A program made the position numbers and the translations under genes. 64,000 bases of DNA, taken from positions 18,910,001-18,974,000 of the forward strand of contig NC_043020.1 of assembly GCF_006345805.1 (NCBI RefSeq). Reading direction: 5' to 3'. Position 1 is the first letter of the stretch. Each line of letters starts with the position of its first letter. Positions 13,876-24,640 of the stretch are shown piece by piece. The notes beneath the pieces were generated by a model. It made no database searches. It was given only the letters and a program-made list of their open reading frames with translations, and had not been told where the DNA came from. Source of the stretch: Octopus sinensis. Its lineage: Eukaryota.

Positions 13876-14021
13876 CGCGTGCGTACAAACATATATCTAT
13901 ACATATGCATGTAAATATATTCAAGTGTACACACACACTCACATATATTTATACATACAGATACACACATATATACATAAATACATACAAACACACACAT
14001 ATATATATGTGTGTGTGTGTG

Positions 14022-14223
<202 letters not shown>

Positions 14224-14302
14224 GTGTGTATGCGTTAAATGAAATGAGACAACAAAGCCAAGGCTGTGTGGAATTTTCAGGACATTTATAAAGAGAGAGT
14301 TA

Positions 14303-14350
14303 ATCTTACAGCTGTTTCCGGGATATTAGGGATATCCCTTCATCAGAGAC
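14303..14350 (-). ncRNA. Type-I hammerhead ribozyme (Penelope-type)
   Basis: Minus strand GUCU-CUGAUGA-A-GGGAUAU-CCCUA-AUAUCCC-G-GAAAC-AGCU-GUA/AGAU. Intact core, 7-bp stem II, palindromic stem III (ACAGCUGU), 4-bp stem I, GUA cleavage triplet. Confidence 0.7.
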
Positions 14351-14812
14351 GATGTGAGACGGTTAAATGGAGGGAAATAGTAGAGTTCAATATAAGGAAT
14401 TATTATGGAAAAGGATGGAAATAAAAAGTATAAAGGAAAATAAAAGAATAAAAGTAAAAATAAAAATATATGTAGGATGTTATAGCTGTAGCTCTATTAT
14501 CTAGAGGTGGTGGAAATGCTTCTTGTCCGTGGTATGTAAATTCCGATCGGAGTTCATATTTTGTCATTGCAAATGGAAAGTATGGAGACTTAGATTTCAT
14601 GTGCTGTTCTTTCAAAGGGGTCTTGTGGTGTGAATGAAAATTTGATAATGTAGTGGTAGTATAAAGTAGATAGAGAGGAAAGAAAAGAGAAAAGATGTGT
14701 ATGTTAAAATGAGGAGAATGTGCGTCGGCTTTGCTGCGCTTTCAGTTCTTAACGCTTTCATGCACGTGTTATTACTTTTAGTGGAAGTTGTTTTAAGTAA
14801 AATTGGTGTTGA

Positions 14813-15065
14813 CTATTTCCGATTTAGTTTCGAACTCAGAAATTTTATGAAATATTCTTCTTTTGCCTTCCTGAGAAGGTCGTTCTCTTCATTTATTTCA
14901 TGGAGGGAAAATTGTAAAATTGTAAATTTTCCTTGTGCACAGATGTCCAAATGATTGCTAAATGGTATGCATCTAAGTGCGGGTTGTTTTATTTGATGTC
15001 TGTGCACATTTTCACGGTTAGGCAGTTTCGTTTTTGTTTCCCCAATATGATATTCGTTGCATCAC
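14813..15065 (-). pseudogene. Penelope-like GIY-YIG endonuclease C-terminal remnant
   Basis: YHIGETKTKLPNRENVHRHQIKQP..IPFSNHLDICAQGKF.I..F......LRKAKEEYFIKFLSSKLN matches the Penelope endonuclease end (IGET..R..H..RK.KE..FI....LN). Confidence 0.75.
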
Positions 15066-15194
15066 ATGACCACGATGCAACGAACATTATAATAATAATA
15101 TAAAAGTAACAAACGTGTGATGAAAAAATATATATGGCGCGTGTTTATTTGGCAAAAAAAAAATAATAAATAAAATGATCATCCTGAAATACAA

Positions 15195-15276
<82 letters not shown>

Positions 15277-15373
15277 TGGAATTTACAAACCAAAAAACAA
15301 AAAATAAAAGACGAAGACAGGTGTGTAAACAACAAACAGGTGTATTAGCTTAACGCTCGGAAAGGTGAGAAGT

Positions 15374-15409
15374 CTTTTACGTTTCGAGCCTACGCTCTTC
15401 AACAGAAAG
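15374..15409 (-). ncRNA. Minimal hammerhead-like motif (loop-less stem III, A6U core variant)
   Basis: CUUU-CUGUUGA-A-GAGC-GUAG-GCUC-GAAAC-GUA/AAAG. Stems I and II are perfect; the core differs from CUGANGA at position 6. Confidence 0.5.
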
Positions 15410-15490
15410 GGACATGAGAAAATAAACAGAGAGAGAATAAAAAAAGTTTAGTGGCTAGCTGTCGAATATATATATATATGTATATATATA

Positions 15491-16363
15491 CAGGGTGCGA
15501 TGGGTAAATTGTCAGCATTTTTATATTTTTAATTTTACGTATGCGCATTGTTTGTTTTTGACTTTTTCTACTACACAGTATTGTAGGGGCAGTTGGGCAC
15601 CATCTGTGTGAAAAACACCATCATCCCGCAATACACTCTGCCAAAAATTTGGAAACGATATGCTGTACTGCTTGAAATTAGCACCAGAAGCTCCAATACG
15701 AACATTTCAGAGTGTTTGGGTGTCAATTTGAGGACAGCACAATCTGAGGACATGTACCGAGAGTGATAAAAATCAAACATCCAGTCAACATCATGGTGTT
15801 TGGAGTGCTCACTAGTGATGGGGAAGTTATGCCTCCATTCATCTTCCCACACGACCTCAGCCTCAATACGGAGGCCTACATCAAGTGCCAGGAGGAGTTA
15901 GTGCAGCCGTGAGTCAAGAGGGTGACTGCTGGAAGACCCTGTCTGGCAAGAGAACTCTGCACCATGACACACAAGCAGGAGAACCCAGTCATGACTGTCA
16001 GACAATTTCTGCGACTAAATCACTCCTAACATTTGACCACCTAACTCACCAGACTGCAAACTCCCTTGATTATTATGTGTGAAGCGCAGCTGAGCGAGAA
16101 ACCAACAAAACTCCTTGTAACGTCAAAGATGAACTGAAGGTAAAGATTATGGCAGTATTCCCCAACTTAAACAGGGATTCCATGCAGAAGAGTTGCAGGA
16201 AATTCCGAAGTCATCTGGAAGCCGAAGTTGAAGCCAATTGCGATTTTATTGAATAAATTTACTCTTTAGTATTTCAAGATATTTTTATGTAACTGTTAAA
16301 ATGAGATGTCAGTGTTATTTTCATTTTTGCATAATTTAGACACAGTTTATTCACCGCCCCCTG
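15491..16363 (+). mobile_element. maT (DD37D) Tc1/mariner-superfamily transposon, deleted
   Basis: TA-CAGGGTGCGATGGGTAAATTGTC ... ACAGTTTATTCACCGCCCCCTG-TA TIRs. KHPVNIMVFGV; QENSAP; PPNSPDC..LDY. D-37-D spacing reconstructed from both copies. Confidence 0.85.
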
Positions 16364-16799
16364 TATATACATATATATACATACATATGTGTGTGTGGAA
16401 CATGGCTTAGTGGTTAGGGTGTTACACTCACGATTGCGAGATTATAGTTTCGATTCCCCGGCCGAGCGTTGCGCTGTATTGTATTCTTCAGCAAAAAAAT
16501 TCATAACATGGTGCTCTGCAATCATTTTGTCATCGAGCATATCGTGCACATCTGCAGGTAATATCAGTTTGACAGACAGACTGACAATACTTGACTACGA
16601 GGGTCTGCTGAACAAGAGATAGTTTCATGCAATGAGATATATTATAGTCCCCTTGCAGTCCAAACATTTCTTCTCTAACGTTGGTGAAGAGGTTTTCATC
16701 CCGTTTTTCAAAATACTCATCAACAACAATAACAACATCATCGTCATTGCGATACCAGTTCTCAGCAAGGAGTTTTTTCATGCAGGGAAACAGATGCTA

Positions 16800-17035
16800 G
16801 TCAGCGGCGAGCTGGCAGAAACGTTAGCGGGCCGGGCGAAATGCTTAGCAGTATTTCGTCTGCCGTTACGTTCTGAGTTAAAATTCCGCCGAAGTCGACT
16901 TTGCCTTTCATCTTTTCGGGGTCGATTAAATAAGTACCACTTACGCACTGGGATCGATGTAATCGACTTAATCTCTTTGTCTGTCCTTGTTTGTCCCCTC
17001 TATGTTTAGCCCCTTGTGGGCAATAAAGAAATAAG
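16800..17035 (+). mobile_element. SINE family 2, near full length
   Basis: GCGGCGAGCTGGCAGAAACGTTAGC...CCCCTTGTGGGCAATAAAGAAA. Confidence 0.85.
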
Positions 17036-17349
17036 ATGGGGCCATGTCTGGATAGAGAGGGTGATCAAGCAGTTTAAAGCCACAGTCACGCACAGCAGCC
17101 ATTGAAACCAAGGACTTGTGTGCAAGGGCATTGCCTGGTGAAACAAGATTACTTTCGTCAGTTTTCCTGGGTCTTTTGTCTTTACAGCTTTCGTAACTGC
17201 CTCTGCTGTGGACCTTTTGACGATAACTGTCTCACAGATTTCGGACCAATCTCCGTTGAATTATTCAACAAAAACTAGTTTAATTACGGTTTTTACGATT
17301 TGGGACACTTCACCAACAACAACTGCAGCAATATTAATAATAACAATAA

Positions 17350-17590
17350 TAGTGCTCATGGGAACTGCCCATATCCTACGTAAAATACTGTTTATGTAAT
17401 CTCAAATTTTATAACAAACTCATAATTTATGTTTTCATAAACATTTTCTGGAACAACATTATGTACAAAACCAAATATATGACACCCTAGGCATAACACC
17501 AACATGAACTTCTAACTTGTTGTCTCTTGAGGTCTCTGGGTGAGACTTGGAGTCAACTTGTTCAAATACAAAGAATAATAAATAATAATA
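17350..17590 (+). mobile_element. 5'-truncated R4/Dong-type LINE 3' stub
   Basis: VLMGTAHILRKILFM* followed by 3' UTR and (AAT)n tail; preceded by (AAT)n. Confidence 0.65.
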
Positions 17591-17795
17591 ATCCTTTTTC
17601 CTAAAGGCACAAGGTCTGAAATTTTGGAGGAGGAGACGAGTCGATTGCATTGACCCCAGTGTTTCACTGGTACTTAATTTATCGACCCCCGAAAGGATGA
17701 AAAGCAAAGTCAACTTCTGCAGAATTTGAATTCAGAACGAAAACACGGACGGAATGCCACTAACCGTTTTGTCCGGTGCGATTACAATTCTGTCA
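17590..17795 (-). mobile_element. SINE family 2
   Basis: TTTATCGACCCCCGAAAGGATGAAAAGCAAAGTCAAC core. Confidence 0.8.
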
Positions 17796-17805
17796 ACTCA
17801 CAACC

Positions 17806-17865
<60 letters not shown>

Positions 17866-18049
17866 GAATTGGATGAAAGAGAAGTCAGAAAATGAAAAAA
17901 GATGGCGAAGAAGATGACAAAGATAAAGAGGAAAAATTGTGACAACAAACTTATAAATAAAAATCTTTTCAATTGATGATTCACTTTGCTGAGTTGTTTA
18001 TTTTCCAGAATAAACATTGCCTGTCTATCATCTCCACACAGCCATTACT

Positions 18050-18620
18050 ATATCTTCTTCTTCTTCTTCTTCTTCTTCTTCTTCTTCTTCTTCTTCTTCT
18101 TCTTCTTCTTCTTCTTCTTCTTCTTCTTCTTCTTCTTCTTCTTCTTCTTCTTCATCATCATCATCTCCTTCTTACTCTTCTTCTTCTTCTCACTTCTTTT
18201 TCTTCTTATCTTCTTCTCTTCTCCTTCTTACTCTTCTTCTCCTCCTTCTTCTTCTCCTCCTCTTCCTTTTCTTCTTCTTCTTCATCTTTTTCTTCCTCCT
18301 CTTTTTCCTTTCTCTCCTTCATAATCTTGTTCTTCGTCGTCTTTTATTCCTTCACCGTCTTTATTTTCTCTTCCTCCTCCCACAACTCTTTCTTCTTCTT
18401 TTCTTCTTTTTTCTTCCTCACTTTCTTCATCCTCCTCTTTTTCATCCTTTTCGTCTTTTTTTCCTCTTTTTCCTCCTCTTATTTTTCGTTTTCAGTTTCT
18501 TTTTCTTCTTTTTCGACCTCTTTTTCTTCTGTTACCTTTTTTATCTCTTACCTCTTCTCTATCTTTTATTTTCTTTTATCCTCTCTTCGCATTCCTCTCC
18601 TTTTCCTTCAGTCTTACCGT
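18050..18620. repeat. (CTT)n and degenerate polypyrimidine tract
   Basis: Direct reading. Confidence 0.95.
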
Positions 18621-19155
18621 TCTAAGTAACATATCCATCTACCCATCCATCTACCCATCATCGGATCCATTCATCAATCCAACTACCCATCCACCCCTCA
18701 ATCCCTTCTACCACCCATTCATGTATTTATCCGCCCATCCACCCATCCATCCACCCATCCATCCACCCATCCATCCACACGTCCATCCACACATCCATCG
18801 ATCCATTCACTTGGCCGCTGGCCCCCATCCCTTCTTTCCACCCACCACTCCCCTGCAGAACTGTCGTCTCCACTCATGTCTGACACTCCTTGTTGTTACA
18901 TACCACCACCACCACCTCCACCACCATCTGCAGAATCATCATCACTATTTTCCTTCTCATCACCCTCAACACAATCACAACTGTTGCATATGTATACATG
19001 AATGTGTGTGTATATTTATATATGTGTGTGTGTGTGTGCGCGTGCGTATGTATATGTATATTTGTACGTATATATGTATTTATGTGTATGTATAATACGT
19101 ATATATATATATATATATATATATAATGTAATATATATATGTGTGTGTGTTTGTA

Positions 19156-19188
<33 letters not shown>

Positions 19189-19817
19189 TATACATATATA
19201 TATACACACAAGCATGTTTATATGTGTGTATATATATATATGTGGGGGGGGGGTGTATACAGCGTATATTGAATACATAGCATGTATGAGAATGTGTGTG
19301 TGTGTGTTCGTTTTTATGTTTATAAATGTGAGTCTCTGCGTGAGTTTCTGCCTATCTATGCATGTTTGTATGTATGTAAGCGTGGATGTATATATTTGTA
19401 GATGTATGTAGTCAGTCATGATATAACGGAGTAAGCTCCCTTTACAAGGTTGCACTGTCCTCTACGACGACGACGGTGAAAATAGTTTGATTACGTCACG
19501 GCCGGATTGGCTTTCATAGTCTAACGTGTGGCGTAAACATGCTGCGCAAACCTACGGGTTGAACGCGGACACCGATGATAAAGAAAATATCTTATTAGAG
19601 AAGGGGGAAAAAATGAAAGAAAAAACTGCTAAGGAAATAAAAGCATATACATATATTTAAATAAAGAGACAAATTTTCTGAAAAAAATTCTGTAAAGAAC
19701 TTCGTGAGCTCCGAAAAATGGACGGAATTCGACTGTAAACAAGTTGACCAAAATCTTTCTTTGCAATACGATGAGGACAAAGAGAAGGCAAAAGAAGGGG
19801 GAATATGATAAAGAGGG

Positions 19818-19923
<106 letters not shown>

Positions 19924-20859
19924 TATATTATATATATATATATATAGATAGATAGATAGATAGATACATATATATATTATATATGGTGGTGTGTGTGTGT
20001 GTGTGGTGTGTATATGTATATGTATATATATATACATATACATATATATATACACACATATATATATATGTATGTATGTATATATGTATATATATATATA
20101 TATTATATATAATATGTACATATATATATTATATATATTGTATATATATTATATATATTATATATATATACACACAGACGTATGAATATATCTTTATATA
20201 CCATTCATATATATATATATGCATGCATAACATATATGAATGGTATATAAAGATATATTCATACGTCTGTGTGTACATATATACATGCATAACATATATA
20301 TGTTATATATATCTGTATGTATGTGTGTGTATGTATGTATGTATGTATATAAATATGTTTATATGTATATATATGTGAGTGTGTGTGTGTATGTATATAT
20401 AAACGTGTTTTTATGTATGCATATATCTATATATGAGAGGGAGAGAGGGAGTATATGTATTTGTGTGTATGTTCTTGTCAGTGTGTAAGCGTAAATATAT
20501 TGAATGAAATGAGAAAGAAAGAAAAGGAGGAAGATAGAGATGAATAAATAGGGAATGATTTGGCTAATTCTAGGATACAAGCTTTGTTCGGGACGAAGAA
20601 AGAAAGGAAAAAAAGTTTCCAAGGCAAATCTGAGACACAAATAATGACTTATTACCTCCCCTTACACCAGTCTCACTCCGCTCATTTCCATTCTCTCTCT
20701 CTCTCTCTTACACACTCTCTGTCTCTCTCTCTCTCTCTCTTTCTCTCTGTCTCGGTATATACATTTAGACACACACACACATACATCGTCCGCCTCCTCT
20801 CAGTTTTATACTCCCCTCTCCACCTTTCTCTCACTTTCTCTGTCTCTCTCTCCTCTTTC

Positions 20860-20900
<41 letters not shown>

Positions 20901-21319
20901 TCTGAGTAAATGAGTATAAGCATATGCACATGTTTACGCTTCTGTGTGTGTGTGTGTGTCTTTGTGAGTCCATATGTCCTTTGTTATCGACCATCTACAC
21001 ACACATACGCACGCAGCCATTCAATAAAACACACAATTGCGTTCTTTGATTGGTATAAAAACACACACACGCACACACACACACTTTAGGACACTCATAC
21101 ATTAATTCACTCACATCAACACGTATACATTTTTATACATACATGTGTGTGTGTGTGTGTGTACACTTATATGTATTTACACGCAAGTACAAACATAAAA
21201 TCCATAATACAAACCACATATATATTGACATACATATATGGCATGCATACATACATAACATACATACATACATACATATAGTACATACAATACCATACAT
21301 ACATACATACATACATACA

Positions 21320-21353
<34 letters not shown>

Positions 21354-21614
21354 CATACATACATAGCGCTACATACATACATACATACATACATACATAC
21401 ATACATACATACATTACACACTACATACATAATACATACATACATAAATACATACATACATACATGCAGCATGCTTATAAGCGTTCTTATATACATACAG
21501 AAAAACTATATGAAACGCATACAGATCGCCGCCATGCAATCGTGTTTCTCCGATTCTTTATCTCTCCACCCATCTCTATTTATATCCAGCAGACGATGGA
21601 TTCAAAGAATGTAG

Positions 21615-21773
21615 CACCGTATGTATACATGTATTGTTTTATTCTTTTACTTGTTTCAGTCATCTGACTGCGGCCATGCTGGAGCACCGCCTTTAGTCGA
21701 ACAAATCTCAAGCGATGGTGGGGGGGACAAACATGACACACAAACATATACATACATCACATACATACATACA

Positions 21774-21807
<34 letters not shown>

Positions 21808-21861
21808 CATACATATATACATACATACATGCATGCATACATACATACATACATACACACA

Positions 21862-21897
<36 letters not shown>

Positions 21898-22935
21898 TAT
21901 ATCCTATATTGATATAGGATAAAAACTTTTTCGGGAAAAAAATTTTATCAATGGCCAGCATATCAAAAAATGCCTTTAAAGGTAAAATTTATACATAATT
22001 TACAAGGTAAAGGCAGAAGAAAAATTCTAATGCCAGATACGCCGAAACAAAAAAATTGTCGATAACCATTAAATTTATGTATCTCGAAACAAACCGATAG
22101 AAATCTCTAAAAAATTCGTTATTACCGTATTGGTCCAATTTCGGAGTTAATTCACAAGAAAATTTCCCCTCTTCAGCGGCACATACGCGAGATATAAATG
22201 AAATACTTATTCATACCCACGGAAGAAGCAAGCACCAAGTCCCGAGCAGACTTAAGTACCCCAAATATATCCAAATAGAAAAATCTTAGGCGCACCTCGA
22301 GACACGTGTGATTCGAACTAGAAACTTTCACAAAGTGATAGAATCCGGAAGTGAAACACTAATCTATTTATAATTGATATAGGATAAAATTCATACCCAA
22401 ATTGGACCAATACGGTAATAACGAACTTTTTAGAGATTTCTATCGGTTTGTTTCGAGACGCATAAATTTAATGGTTATCGACAATTTTTTTGTTTCGGCG
22501 TATCTGGCATTAGAATTTTTCTTCTGCCCTTACCTTGTAAATTATGTATAAATTTTACCTTTAAATGCATTTTTTGATATGCTGGCCATTGATAAAATAT
22601 TTTTCCCGAAAAACATTTTATCCTATATCAATTATAAATAGATTAGTGTTTCACTTCCGGATTCTATCACTCTGTGAAAGTTTCTAGTTCGAATCACACG
22701 TGTCTCGGGGTGCGCCTAAGATTTTTCTATTTGGATATATCTGGGGTACTTAAGTCTGCTCGGGACTTGGTGCTTGCTTCTTCCGTGGGTATGAATAAGT
22801 ATTTCATTTATATCTCGCGTATGTGCCGCTGAAGTGGGGAAAATTTCTTGTGAATTAACCCCGAAATTGGACCAATACGGTAATAACGAATTTTTTAGAG
22901 ATTTCTATCGGTTTGTTTCGAGATGCATAAATTTA

Positions 22936-22972
<37 letters not shown>

Positions 22973-23150
22973 TATATATATACATACATACAACAGGCTT
23001 CTTGCAGTTTCCGTCTACATAACCCACTCACAAGGCTTGGTCGGCCCGAGGCTATAGTAGAAGACACTTGCGCAAGGTGCCACGCATTGGGACTGAACCC
23101 GGAACCATGTGGTTGGCAAGCAAGTTACTTATCACATAGTCACTCCTGCG
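21615..23150 (-). mobile_element. SINE family 1 split by a ~1-kb insertion in its internal microsatellite
   Basis: Tail at 21615-21745 and head at 22985-23150. The foldback at 21901-22939 sits in the (TA)n tract between them. Confidence 0.75.
21901..22939. repeat. Foldback insertion made of a 465-bp unit: A-B then A'-B'-partial A'
   Basis: TGATATAGGATAAAA at 21910 and 22375; AATTGGACCAATACGG at 22400 and 22865 (both period 465). 21910-22143 is inverted at 22397-22630; 22144-22389 is inverted at ~22616-22858. Confidence 0.9.
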
Positions 23151-23169
23151 CTTAATAATATTACGATTA

Positions 23170-23385
23170 ATTATCCTTTCTACTGGAGGCACAAGGCCTC
23201 AAATTTGTGGGGAGGGGACTAGTCGATCATATCGACCCCAGTGTTTCACTGGTACTTAAGTTATCGACTCTGAAAGGATGAAAGCAAAGTCGATCTTGGC
23301 GGATTTTGAACTCAGAACGTAGCGACGCGTAAAATACCGTTATGTATTTAGTCCAGTGTGCTGACGATTCTGCCAGCTCGCTGTC
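23170..23385 (-). mobile_element. SINE family 2
   Basis: Family core and CTGCCAGCTCGC head. Confidence 0.8.
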
Positions 23386-23767
23386 GAGCTAATGGCATCA
23401 GCACAACGTTGCTGATAATGGATTTGATAAAGCCTTGTGCTTTGATGACTGGGGGTTGACTCATCGATAAGTTTATCCGTCCTTCTAGGTTTTTGGTTTT
23501 TGTCCTGTGTGAGAGCCCATCCAGTCTGCACCCCTAAGAGTGAAATCTTACAAGGGTGTTGATGGTTTAGTTACCGAGACCATGAAACAAGAAACTACTG
23601 GAAGCTATTTGTTCGACTAATCTAATTGGTTCACAACCGGAGTCGATATGGCGTTAGGTTGCGCCATATAAAATGTCGTCATTAAAGTTTATGTGCCATC
23701 AATCGCTTATAATTCTGCAATAAACAAGATGCTTTCAGATTTTTATACACTTGCTAATTATGATAGA

Positions 23768-23920
23768 CGCAGGCGAGGTTGTGTAATAAGAAGCTTGCTT
23801 CACAACCACATGGTTCAGGGTTCAGTCCCATTACGTGGCACCTTGGGCAAGTGTCTTCTACTATAGCTTCAGGATGACCAAAGCTTTGTGAGAGGATTTG
23901 GTAGATGAAAACTCGCCGCA
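23768..23920 (+). mobile_element. SINE family 1, 5' part
   Basis: CCACATGGTTCAGGGTTCAGTCCC..GGCACCTTGGGCAAGTGTCTTCTACTATAGC. Confidence 0.75.
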
Positions 23921-23935
23921 CACACACACCACACA

Positions 23936-24022
<87 letters not shown>

Positions 24023-24025
24023 GTA

Positions 24026-24640
24026 TTGGGTTGTCTGGAAAGTTCGTGCCGATTTATAGTAGCTTACCTTTCGACTTATTTTAGAACATGGCTGAGTCCA
24101 TAAAATAGGATTTCACGACACCTCCATTTAAAGCACAGTTTAAGCTATCTTTTTGTGGAAAAAGGTTTATGTTCCTATAACCTGTGTTAATTCTGTAACC
24201 CTTTAAAACGGAAGATACCTCACAAGCAACCAAAGAAATATGCGCAGTTTACAGTGATGTTTTTTTATCCGAAAGAACTGTACGGAAGCGCTTCGCAAGG
24301 TTCCGAGCTGGAGAATGTAGCCTTATTGATAACGAGCGACCAGGCAGACCATCCACTACAGATGATGACCAAATATCAAGTCATTAATTGAGAATAACCC
24401 ACATTGCACAACCGGAGAATTGGCAGAAAGCCTTGACCTATCAAAATCTATCGTTCATGAACACCTAGTAAAGCTTGGGTGCACAAATCGCTATGATGTT
24501 TGGGTACCACATGAACTGAGTGAGAAGAACCTTTTGGATCGCATTTCAATCTGTGATTCGCTCTATAAACGGAATGAAAACGCACCTTTTTAAAGCAAAT
24601 TGTGACAGGTTATGAGAAATGGATTGCATTTCGAAAAGTG
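24026..24640 (+). mobile_element. mariner transposon 5' fragment
   Basis: TA-TTGGGTTGTCTGGAAAGTTCGTGCCG terminus. ERPGRP; DVWVPHELSEKNLLDRISICDSL; IVTGYEKW (WVPHEL motif). Confidence 0.85.
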
